Positions 1 to 10,040 of a stretch of DNA of 25,746 bases are shown here, one piece after another; the first letter of the stretch is position 1; each line of letters begins with the position of its first letter. The notes under the pieces are model-generated. The model saw nothing but the letters and a program-made list of their open reading frames with translations, was not told the origin of the DNA and searched no databases. Source of the DNA: Ginkgo biloba (taxonomy: Eukaryota > Plantae > Ginkgophyta); the NCBI GenBank assembly GCA_024626585.2, contig JANKJI020000004.1, positions 13,853,190-13,878,935 of the forward strand, written 5' to 3'. The position numbers were made by a program, and so were the translations under genes.

Positions 1-2889
1 GCTTAAATCTATTGTTGAAAAATACTTTATCTCATAGAATTCATCTAAGACATCTTCAATTCAGGACATTGGAAATTTTACTTTTTATTGTTCTCGTGTT
101 TACTACTCAATAATCAACACATAATTGAAATGATTTAGCCTTCTTTCTTAAAGTACTATGGTTTTTCACATAAGGAAATTTACTATATATCATTTCTATG
201 ACATTAATTAGGTCCCACATGAGCCTTTTAATCTGTCTTTTGAATGTAACCTTACGTATATGGTTTCATGATTATTGACACTTTATTTAAATCGATCTCA
301 ATAATATGATCCATTACATTTTCTAGTGGTAGAATTTTTGGCAATTCTTGGAATTCCTTACTGTGCATTTGTAATATTGCTTCAATGTGACCCTCCTTTT
401 ATTTTGTAAGTGGTATATTGGTTTGGGCATGATCCCATACAACACAGTCTAACTAGGAAGCCATTGTAACCTTTTGAATATTATAATTCATTTTCATAAA
501 GTATACCACTTGATTTGGTATTTCATGTATAAAAAAGAGAGATATAGAGAGGGTGTTTGGTATTCTTGGAGGGGGGGTGGAGATGGGGGGAGGAAGGAGG
601 TTTTATGCGGTGCATGAGCATTGGGAACTTGTAAAGTATGGAGAATTTATTCGAAGGAGGAAATTAGCATACTATGTTGTTTAATGAGAAGAGACTTTAT
701 GAGCCTTATGCTTCTCGTTATGTTGTAGAATATTCCTTGTAAAGTTTATCTCTTATTAAATGAGATATTGATTTCCTTTATGTATTCATCTGGTAATTAT
801 GTTGGATATCATAAGTAAACATATTTTAATATATTATTTTGCATGAATAGTTTGGTAATGTCATCATAGTAATTGCTAAGTAGTGTATCAAGTTACTCCC
901 CCGAGCTAAAAGTAACCTAAAGAAATTTCACTCCTAATCCGTGAGATTTACTTAAAAGGGCGTCCAAAATTTGTTGTTCCTTGTTCCTGATACTTTCTAA
1001 TGTATTGTATATTCTATATATGCTATTGAAGCTGGAGGTATGGTCATGCTGTCATACTAGTTTTAATAGCAAACATTTTGGACCTACTAATTTCTTTTTT
1101 GTCATTTACCTTGTACCGTTCTTCTTTCTCTTTATTAAAAATCTCACAAATAGCAAAATCTTCAAGTCTTTTTTGTAAATACTAAATACCACCCAGCTTA
1201 GTATAGCTTTTAGACTTCGTTGAATAAGGGAAACCACTCCCATTGCAAAACAGCTTTGTGCCGGTTATGGTCAAATTGTTGTTGTTGGGCAGGAGTCATC
1301 TATATTGTTACGCAAGGAACATCTTGACTCGTAAACATAGACCAACAAAGATAATTGTTGCCTTAAGTTGGTTGAATCACAACCAAACCAACCCCTAGTT
1401 GCATGTAATCCACAACAAATGAAGATGATGAAAACCAGGATTTTGCTTCATATAAGCCAAATCATGGTGAAAGAGATGTTCTTAGTTCTCATATAGATAT
1501 GAATATAAAAATTCTAATCTATCAAATATTACAACTTTGACTATAGAAAAATCAGACATGGTATCATCATTGATTACTAATAATCCTTTCACAACGCTTT
1601 CATAATTGCCAATGCATTCCCAACATAGTATGAAATCCATTTGGTAAACAAAAACTTAACAACGAACAATGTTGAACTAAAAAAATGATCGAATGCCACA
1701 ATCAATGACACAATCTTTCTAGGATCTATTGTTAACATACTCAATCATTCCAAGTGTTGCCTTACATCATGATTTTACCTAACATTCATGCTCCCATGAG
1801 TCAAAAACCCTCCCTTGTCAAACCCCATGGCCATGACTGTATGCATCAAGGGCGGCCTGATCACGATATTCGACAATGTCACTCTGAACCATGGCTTAAG
1901 CATAATCTTCAAGAAAGGCACTTGGACCGAATAAGTGTGTTAGGATGCACCTCAAAGTTCTTCAACACCCATGGATGTTGTTACCAACACAAGGCCAAAA
2001 CTCATTGGTTGTTTGAATGAGAAGCTACAATCACATAGTGAAGATCGCAATGTTGGATACAACAATCACAATTACAACTTCAACTAGAAGTTTGGAATAT
2101 TGGTCGTTAATTGGCAATTTAAGTTACCTATACCTTCAATGTGAATCATCTTCAAATTCAAATCAGGCCAATTCAAGTAGTACTTTTCATACAAACTTAT
2201 GAAGATCAAAATGTGTTGTCGTTGTTCACACTATTGTTTTCTCATTCCCATGCAACTCTTTGCATCTATTATTTGACTGTTCATACACCATCTTTTCAAA
2301 CATTTTTGTTGACTAACATTGTCTCCTTACTCCCATAAAACAATAGTCACCATCATTATTACTAACATCATTTCTTCATTTGATGTATATTTCCTTAAGA
2401 TCATCTACTACCTTTCCACGTCATCAAGTATCACCATACCTATTACAATATTGATGTAGCTTCATCAATTCACTTTATGCATGCATACAACATACAACAT
2501 TCTATCACTAGTATAACCATCACCATTGTGCTTGTTGCTGTCGAGCCATCTTTGGTTTTGTTGTTACTTCTCCATTGTGTTTTTATAATTATGTAATAAC
2601 CCATTAGCACTACCTTGATTTTTAACATCATAATTAATTACATCACTTGCATTGGTTTTCATTCCTCAAACATACACCTAGCATATTACATCATTTTGTT
2701 GCCTCATCATTCTACCATATTCTCTCTTCATCCTCGTCATCATCTCTAGCTATTACTATATCACCAATATCACCTTGTTGCAACATCACTTTAATCATCA
2801 TCATTTCTAATAAAGCCCCCATTCCTTTCTAGTGACCTAACCCTTGAAACTATCATGCCCAACCACCTACATTTGACTACCCAAGCATT

Positions 2890-3686
2890 ATCTTTCACTT
2901 GGAATTAATATTGCCATACTCCTACAATTGTCCACTACCGTAAATATATAGTCATGGCCTTTCTAGATCTTTGGAAATCCTCCAAGAAAATCTATAGAGA
3001 TACTCTCCCACAATTAGATTGGAACTGGTAATGATGTATACAAACCCAATTTTATATTGGAATACTTTGATGTACTACAAAGCACACATCCCTTGATGAA
3101 TTTAGAAACACCAATTTGCATATGTGGCCAATATACATACCTTTGTAGATTTGAAAGGGTCTTTCTAACTCTAAATTTTTTTGCTACTTTGGACGTATGA
3201 ACTTCCCTTAATAAGGAAATTATGCACTCTCCTTATGGAATGCACAACTTGTCATTTCTATATAGAAGACCTTCTTGAAGATAAAAGTCTAGTTTTTTCT
3301 CCCCTCACTGTAATGTTTCCATGGCAGAATGAAAATCTCTCTCTCTTTCATATCAAATATGAAAATCCTTAAGAGAAAAAGGCTGCAATTATATGACCAC
3401 TGGGAGAGATACTAATTTAGGAGGTATAGACAACAAATTAACTATCTTAGTTATCACCCCTTTCTTGTACTTTATGACAAGATTAAATTGTTGTAGGCAG
3501 GACATCCACTTAGTGTGCCTTGCTTGTTGCAATTTAGACTATGTTTGTAGAAATTGGAGTGGCTTGTGATCATTATGGATTATAGTCTATTAACCCAAGA
3601 TATATGTTCTTCAATGCTTCATTACTTTATGCATAGAAAAAATCTCTTTATCACAAGTTAGGTAATTCATAACAACTCGTGAAAAC
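2890..3686 (-). mobile_element. Degenerate Ty3/gypsy pol fragment (RNase H + integrase Zn-finger and start of core), chromovirus-like
   Basis: Manual minus-strand translation. RNase H: VMNYLTCDKEIFSMHKVMKH*RTYILG**TIIHNDHKPLQFLQT*SKLQQARHTKWMSCLQQFNLVIKYKKG. Integrase: DFYLQEGLLYRNDKLCIP...REVHTSKVAKKFRVRKTLSNLQRYVYWPHMQIGVSKFIKGCVLCSTSK...LGLYTSLPVP...SIDFLGGFP..RKGHDYIFTVVD. Many stops and frameshifts; RH-before-INT order indicates gypsy. Confidence 0.92.
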
Positions 3687-5107
3687 NNNNNNNNNNNNNN
3701 NNNNNNNNNNNNNNNNNNNNNNNNNNNNNNNNNNNNNNNNNNNNNNNNNNNNNNNNNNNNNNNNNNNNNNNNNNNNNNNNNNNNNNNNNNNNNNNNNNNN
3801 NNNNNNNNNNNNNNNNNNNNNNNNNNNNNNNNNNNNAAATTGGAGCATTCTCATTTATGTACTTGTCCAGTTCTTTGTTTACATTGGTGCAAATTTCATT
3901 TCCATCTTCACCTTAATTTCTTTGAAGTGTTGCATTTTGTGTTGGTGGTGTTAAAATTTGTGAACCATCCACTTATGTTATCAACTTGAGAAGAAAAAAT
4001 AGACGTCTCTCATCCCTAATCCTGTATATTATTGACATAGCTCCTGCCAACTTCAATTCAAATCAAGCCACAATCATAACTAAAGCAAACTATGCACTAC
4101 ACAACAAACAATATGTCTAATCTCCATTTCTCTTCCTTGCCTACATCTTCTCAGTGGATGCAATCAATAGATAGATTATCTATGCGTAGCTCTAACCAAA
4201 ACATTTCAATGCATCATCCTAAAGTAACTTGAAACAATCACAAATTTGCTCCACTCTTGGGGCACAACAAACAAATAAGAAATGTATCAATACATGTTGA
4301 CCCCCACATTCATCACAAGAAGGCTCGCATAATAGGCAAGGCAGAAAGCATGGGCAAGGAGATTGAAAACATAAAATTCTACCCAAGGATTGAATCAAAT
4401 TACATTGAAATATGACTTTTGACATCCTCTACAAATATCAATGCCAGTAGTCAAGTTATCACTGAAGATTGGTTATTCCTTATGGCCATGTCAACCCAAT
4501 TGATCCAATGAAACTTAATGCCCATCAATACCATTGTCATAGATTTTCTATTAAGCATTTCAACAAAACAAACAATATACTCTACACAATGGAAATCGCC
4601 TTATGAGTAGACTTCCCCATGATCAAATGAACAAAACAACCATAAAAACAAGTAAACAAAGATAATTTTAATGTTCCAAACATCACATTAAAAAAAGGAG
4701 AAATGGAGGGAATAGAAAACAAAATAGGGGAACATCACATTATTTTAACTCTAACAAGATTTTGCAACTACAACAAATATAATTGAGCTTAAGCCATTAT
4801 TCTACTTATAAATTAATTAAAGTGAAGGAGTCTTAGGAAGGCTTGAGGATCCCCTGTATTGGAAGCTCAAAGGAAGAAAGGGTCCTTGACACACCCTATA
4901 GGGCCAATTCATAAATTATTTTCATTGAGGATTCAATAGGCCAAATAAGACTAGATTATCACAATTTGTAGAAGGTGTGACACATATTGTTAGGACCCAA
5001 GGAAAGAGCAAGGACAAAAGGTAGAGTGTGAGCTAAATGTGTCAAAAGTCTCCCTAATGGGTTAGAGACTTCTGTAGGAAAGGTGTCACATGCCAAACAT
5101 CAATACT

Positions 5108-5164
5108 ACTTCCCAAGAGGTCACCCATCCTAGTTCTACTCTAGGGTGAGCACACTGAATTGTG
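5108..5164 (-). other. 5S rRNA-derived internal control region fragment (box A-IE-box C) inside a TRIM LTR; not a full 5S gene
   Basis: acttcccaagaggtcacccatcctagttctactctagggtgagcacactgaattgtg aligns without gaps to the reverse complement of plant 5S rRNA as I recall it (ACTTCCCAGGAGGTCACCCATCCTAGTACTACTCTCGCCCAAGCACGCTTAACTGCG), about 46/57 matches. Box C AGGATGGGTGACCTC is intact on the minus strand. Confidence 0.9.
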
Positions 5165-5170
5165 CCTTGA

Positions 5171-6119
5171 ACCAACTTACCAAATACCTATAGTTATATC
5201 CAAATCATCATNNNNNNNNNNNNNNNNNNNNNNNNNNNNNNNNNNNNNNNNNNNNNNNNNNNNNNNNNNNNNNNNNNNNNNNNNNNNNNNNNNNNNNNNN
5301 NNNNNNNNNNNATCTTTTGACTTCTCCCCTCACAATGGTTAAGATATTTAGAAACTTGGCAGTTAACATCCTCATTCTCTATTGGGATCAATCTATAAGT
5401 CGCTTGGTTTAGCAGACTGGATCCAAGAACTAGGTTGATCTGATGCGAGATACCTCTGTCTAACGATAATCCTATTGGAAACTCTTATGGAGTTCATTAC
5501 AGATATCATGCCAATCATTCTCGTCATGTTCTACAGTGCTGCATTTAGACCTCCTCTAATGGTATGCTCTCCGCCAAAGACCAAGGCCTGAACATTAAGT
5601 TGCAATGGTTTCTCAGGTATCCCAACCAGCACAAGTTTGCCATTGCTCCTTGGCAAAGATAGCAGTCTCTCCAGTGGATGCTCTGTTGATAATGTCAAAT
5701 TATATTATTTCTTAATCGATGTTGTCAGTGAACTCATGTCGATGTTAGCCAAGCACATATTGACACAAAACTTTTGTGACCTTACCAGCCATCTGCACAC
5801 CTATTATTTTTCCAAAATTCTCCATCGATAAAAACTAAATAAAATTATTTTATTGGCATGGCATCCTTAACCCAATGTCAGCGACATCAAAAGACTCCTC
5901 TGCTCAAACATGGTAAATTCTCAAAATTTGGGGGATGACCCTATATCATCCTCGCCTACTTAGAAAATGCACATGATCTCCTACTCATGATGTTCTTCAT
6001 ACTCCTTCCACTTGTATTAATCAATCTTCCTCAATTTTGCCTTTGTCACCAAATTTCTTTCTTCAAGTTGTAAACTCGACCAACTTACCAAATACCTATA
6101 GTTATATCCAAATCATCAT
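5171..6119 (+). repeat. Perfect 41-bp direct repeat (5171-5211 and 6079-6119) bracketing a gap plus a foreign segment
   Basis: accaacttaccaaatacctatagttatatccaaatcatcat is identical at both positions; the first copy runs into a 100-N gap. A diverged third copy lies in the other LTR (~6446-6490). Confidence 0.95.
5570..5705 (-). pseudogene. CAD: Cinnamyl alcohol dehydrogenase-like (CAD/ELI3, Zn-dependent MDR family) exon fragment
   Basis: Minus strand reads II(frameshift)TLSTEHPLERLLSLPRSNGKLVLVGIPEKPLQLNVQALVFGG, matching the CAD motif IIDTVSAxHPLxPLLxLLKxxGKLVxVGxPEKPLxLxxFxLxxG. No flanking CAD exons are visible; a stop follows shortly after. Confidence 0.85.
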
Positions 6120-6347
6120 CATGTGTTTATAATAGATCCAACAAGGTTCACTACAATCTCGACCCTTTGGCATACACACATCCTTGAGTCCATCATGAAT
6201 GGATATTATCAACCACAAGCCCCATGGATCTAATAGAACTAAGTCTTCTTGTCTATGGACATTTTAACATCCAAATCATGCCACCATAACCCAATAAGCC
6301 ACATGTTTCAGTCTTAGTCTCAATGCAAATACCATAGCCCATCCGGG

Positions 6348-6359
6348 GCTCTAATAGCA
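6348..6359 (-). promoter_or_regulatory. Primer-binding site (tRNA-iMet type, degenerate) of the TRIM
   Basis: gctctaatagca vs canonical reverse complement GCTCTGATACCA (10/12), 2 bp from the LTR terminus tgtca at 6362. Confidence 0.75.
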
Positions 6360-7020
6360 ATTGTCATGTGCCACACATCAACACTACATCCCACAAGGTC
6401 ACACATAATAATAGAGTTTAGAATTCTCACTTTGAAATACCCCGAACCAACTCACCAACATACCTATAGGTGTTGTATTTAAATCATTATTGTGTTCTTA
6501 TAGTACATACAACAAGGGTTATTAAAAAGGATTCAATTTTATCTAGGCACCATGATCCAAACAATTAACTCCTACTATAGACATATAATTTTTCACATAA
6601 CACACACTTGAATTAAAACGCAATCAAAAGTTGAGGCATAGCTCATAGTGTATATTATGCAACCTTAATCAAAAATGAAATTACTAAATTCATGTCTAGT
6701 CCCCAGGTGTCATCAAGTAGTGAAGCCTTAATAAGATTGACTATAATTAAAATCTTAGGGCAAGGGATATAGTGCTCACATACTACTTACGCAATTGGAG
6801 AAGGGGATCATTGTGATCATAATTCAAGGGGATCATTATGCAATTGGGGAAGGGGATACTACTTATTCTTCAATAGAATTTTTTTTTAAAAGAATTGCAT
6901 GTCTACCATATTTGAAACCTCCTTGCTAAAAAGGGCTTCTATAGAAAGCGAGGGCGGGGGAAGACCTAATAAGCATAGATATAAAATTGCATAAATTCAG
7001 TATTACACAAAATGAGTGCC

Positions 7021-7287
7021 TATTAAATTCGGAGTGCACACATACTCTCAGAGTATTAGCATAAAGCTGCCACTCTGATGTAATCACACCATCTTAAAGA
7101 GAGAGATTCACACAATAATGGTTATATTCCACTGGTCATGTTACATTACACACATGCCTCTATTTATACCCATAGAGGTCATAACTANNNNNNNNNNNNN
7201 NNNNNNNNNNNAACCATGTGACCACATTCAACATTAACATAATGTAACTCATAAATGTGACTCCTAATAACATTAATATTCCTAACA
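7021..7287 (-). mobile_element. Solo LTR (probably copia type)
   Basis: Ends t(a)ttaaa...cctaaca (TG..CA with one decayed base). Perfect 5-bp TSD GTGCC at 7016-7020 and 7288-7292. Minus-strand TATA (ggtataaataga) near 7160-7170. No adjacent PBS or PPT. Confidence 0.75.
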
Positions 7288-7590
7288 GTGCCAAGTTAAT
7301 GCGAGGTCCCTACAAATTTGAGACCTGAAATTTCAAACTAAGCACACTTAGCCCATAGTAGTACATACTACAGCTTGCATAATATTACACGTGGAAGTGA
7401 TGCAACTCTACAAAAAAATTGAAATAGTGATCACTAATTGCTAAGTAACATCCCAAACTGCATGATCAACCAACATGTTATAATATAGGAGGAAATACAG
7501 TAGATCAAGTTTTCCAATGTGACAGATGCCTAGATTCCCTTTTGCCAAGTACATGCACTGGTGTTTCTAGCACCAATGTTGTGAGCACAA

Positions 7591-7752
7591 GACATATGAC
7601 TCCTTAGGACTCCCTTGATTACCGCATTCATATTCAACAAGCCAAAACAAATAAATAAGATGTCTGCCCATGGGACATATGACTCCTTACAACTGCCTTG
7701 ATTACTACATTCACCTTCAACAAGCAAAAACAAATAAATAAGATTGTCCATG
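7591..7752. repeat. Diverged two-copy tandem duplication, period 83 bp
   Basis: gacatatgactcctta...ccttgattac...ttcaacaagc.aaaacaaataaataagat...ccatg starts at 7591 and 7674. Confidence 0.9.
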
Positions 7753-8431
7753 TAGTTGTGCTCAAGAAAACTATCTAAACAAATAGCTTCATAAACACAT
7801 CAGGAAGTAATTTNNNNNNNNNNNNNNNNNNNNNNNNNNNNNNNNNNNNNNNNNNNNNNNNNNCAATTTCAGGGTTAGGCTTGAGATGTAGTGTTTGGAC
7901 CTAATGTTGCTTTCTTTGTTGTTTGGGGTCAAAACAATATGGAGTTCACAAAATAGCCCAAATTTTACAAAATGACAAAAGTTTGATGAATTTGTCCAAT
8001 TTCTTCACCATGGGTTACAGGTTTTCTCATTCACTTAGAAACTACAAAAGTTTAACAACTTTGTTTAAGTCATTCACCATTGGCAAAGTTTTGAAATTTC
8101 TTAACTTGAACCGAAATTCTGGAATATCTAGCAATTATGTGAATCATGACTACCAGTTGCCTATTGCTGCGTGCTCCACACTAGACCAAACCAACTCGTC
8201 CCCACTTCCAACTAATCAACAAATTACAAGACATTTAAACATTTTTCCTGATATTATTTGTGCTCCATCATATTAAGTTCTTTCAGAGTTTCAATAGAGT
8301 AACTATGACTCAATTCATTTATTTTCTTGTGGTTTCCTTCCCTTCCTTCCCACTCCCTTGAAGTACAAGATCATGCAAGTTGCCACTCTAATTTAATTTG
8401 TGAAAAAAAATAATTTATCTACTGTACTCAT

Positions 8432-8610
8432 ATCAGTCAGTGCCAAATCCCCATTAGAGTGGAATTTCCACAGGCTGTTGAGTAGAAGTTAATCCTCTGG
8501 TAGTAATGCAACAAATTACTCAAATGGTGCAAAATCAGTCAGTGTCAAACCTTCGTTGGAGTGGAATTTCCACAGGCTGTTTCAGTAGAAGTTAATTCTA
8601 TAGTAGTGAT
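8432..8610. repeat. Diverged direct repeat (~76-bp unit, period 102 bp) with an internal palindrome GTGGAA-T-TTCCAC
   Basis: atcagtcagtg.caaa....gagtggaatttccacaggctgtt..agtagaagttaat.ct...gtagt.at at 8432 and 8534. Confidence 0.9.
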
Positions 8611-9055
8611 TCNNNNNNNNNNNNNNNNNNNNNNNNNNNNNNNNNNNNNNNNNNNNNNNNNNNNNNNNNNNNNNNNNNNNNNNNNNNNNNNNNNNNNNNN
8701 NNNNNNNNNNNNNNNNNNNNNNNNNNNNNNNNNNNNNNNNNNNNNNNNNNNNNNNNNNNNNNNNNNNNNNNNNNNNNNNNNNNNNNNNNNNNNNNNNNNN
8801 NNNNNNNNNNNNNNNNNNNNNNNNNNNNNNNNNNNNNNNNNNNNNNNNNNNNNNNNNNNNNNNNNNNNNNNNNNNNNNNNNNNNNNNNNNNNNNNNNNNN
8901 NNNNNNNNNNNNNNNNNNNNNNNNNNNNNNNNNNNNNNNNNNNNNNNNNNNNNNNNNNNNNNNNNNNNNNNNNNNNNNNNNNNNNNNNNNNNNNNNNNNN
9001 NNNNNNNNNNNNNNNNNNNNNNNNNNNNNNNNNNNNNNNNNNNNNNNNNNNNNNN

Positions 9056-9066
9056 TCTCTGCCAAG
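9056..9066 (-). CDS. Acyl-protein thioesterase gene, start of third coding exon (rest hidden in N gap)
   Basis: Acceptor ttttggtgtag|C TTG GCA GAG A continues the phase-2 split codon AG|C, giving ...GSS-L-A-E at the position of the plant SSWSQLL exon. Confidence 0.6.
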
Positions 9067-9185
9067 CTACACCAAAATCTGTTATAACATGAGGTTGAGC
9101 TTGTATAATACTAAATTATATTAATTCCCGATTATTTCCAACAACAATGACAGACTTGAAAATGAGAAAGAATTGTTATGAGCAC

Positions 9186-9297
9186 CTTGAACCGTTATCA
9201 CCCAGTCCATGAAGCCAGACAATGGTGGCCTGATGCTTCCCCTTCGGTTTAACTACATGAGTTCGCCCATACTCGGTCCGCCTTCCAACTCGACTTC
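9186..9297 (-). CDS. Acyl-protein thioesterase / phospholipase-carboxylesterase (alpha/beta hydrolase, At5g20060-like), second coding exon
   Basis: cag|...|gtgct boundaries. 112 nt encode (G)SRVGRRTEYGRTHVVKPKGKHQATIVWLHGLGDNGS(S), the conserved plant APT N-terminal motif THVVRPKGKHQATIVWLHGLGDNGSS. Confidence 0.96.
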
Positions 9298-9690
9298 CTG
9301 CATGCATCCAATACTTTTATCAACATATAAGAAAAATTTACATTTTGTTGTTATAAATAAATAATGCAGTTAACAGAATATACACACGAGTATATGGAAT
9401 AAATAGATAATGAACACTTCCCACAGGGTGTTAAGTTGAACTAAATTTCAGCAATTGCGTTCCAGATGACTGAAATTGNNNNNNNNNNNNNNNNNNNNNN
9501 NNNNNNNNNNNNNNNNNNNNNNNNNNNNNNNNGTCTATGTAAGCCATTATTTAGTTAACTTCGCAGTAAATGGGACGAGGCCGTAATATTATACATCATT
9601 AAAGTTAATATAACAGTCTGTGGAACAGATCATAACATAAGAAACATTTGATTAAATTTGACAGTATGTAGGAAAAGGCCCTAAAATTAC

Positions 9691-9724
9691 CAGAGCCTAC
9701 GGTGGAGGTGCTTCCACCACTCAT
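9691..9724 (-). CDS. Acyl-protein thioesterase gene, first coding exon (ATG at 9724)
   Basis: ATG AGT GGT GGA AGC ACC TCC ACC GTA GGC TCT G|gtaatt = MSGGSTSTVGSG. The phase-1 donor fits the next exon in frame and resembles plant APT N-termini (MS....GSG). Confidence 0.88.
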
Positions 9725-9805
9725 TCTGATTCTTCGGAGGAGATTTCCCGTGTTGTGAAAAAAACCCTTGCTCCTTCTGTTGACTTGAGATACAGAGTTG
9801 ATCTG

Positions 9806-9915
9806 CTACAAAGGAACACCACCCATAAACATATGTATAGTTAAGTTAGAGTTGCAATCAGTTTGGAATCGAAGAGGTTTGTTCGATTTGAAGCCCACTA
9901 AGGGTGGAGAGTTAC
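9806..9915 (-). other. Probable 5'UTR intron of the thioesterase gene
   Basis: Donor cac|gtaact at 9915, branch-like ctctaac/cttaac, acceptor cctttgtag|cag (NAGNAG). The upstream UTR exon spans about 10010-9916. Confidence 0.5.
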
Positions 9916-10032
9916 GTGCCCTAGATTTTATTTCCCCCAAAAAGATTGTGCTTAAAGGCGTCAGGATGAAGGAAAGAATGGAATCGAATTGACAGAACAC
10001 ACTAGGCTAGTTGAAGACAAAACAAGGGCAGG

Positions 10033-10040
10033 CTTATAAT
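10033..10040 (-). promoter_or_regulatory. Candidate TATA box of the thioesterase gene
   Basis: attataag on the minus strand followed by a pyrimidine-rich leader; positional inference only. Confidence 0.3.

Larger units (their letters stand above)
5084..6525 (-). mobile_element. Cassandra-like TRIM (non-autonomous LTR retrotransposon with 5S rRNA-derived LTR domain), degenerate, 3' LTR interrupted
   Basis: Two homologous short LTRs: 5084-5170+6079-6155 (tgtcacatgccaaacatcaatactacttccc...caacaaggttcactaca) and 6362-6525 (tgtcatgtgccacacatcaacactacatccc...caacaagggttattaa). 5-bp TSD AAAGG at 5079-5083 and 6526-6530. tRNA-iMet-like PBS at 6348-6359. PPT-like tract at 6156-6167. Non-coding interior of about 200 bp. 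5S-like domain in the LTR. Confidence 0.82.

Noticed and set aside
569-600. G-rich tract, potential G-quadruplex or PPT
   Set aside because: Low-complexity purine tract within unclassified repeat-like DNA; no adjacent LTR boundary identified.
3300-3335. FCHGN on the minus strand as the thioesterase CHGK exon
   Set aside because: Lies within the gypsy RNaseH-integrase linker and lacks APT context or splice sites.
5108-5164. Functional 5S rRNA gene
   Set aside because: Only about 57 of ~120 nt are present; the 5' third and terminator are absent and it is embedded in an LTR.
5782-5800. Micro-exon-like cag|ATGGCTG|gtaag on the minus strand upstream of the CAD fragment
   Set aside because: Too short, with no polypyrimidine tract; expected by chance.
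6780-6865. Short repeated words (gcaattgg.gaaggggat)
   Set aside because: Small local duplication with no spacer structure; not CRISPR-like, and the context is eukaryotic.
8466-8486. miR396-like sequence (ttccacaggct...)
   Set aside because: Only the first ~11 nt match my recollection of miR396; the 3' half differs and no miRNA* arm or precursor hairpin is visible.
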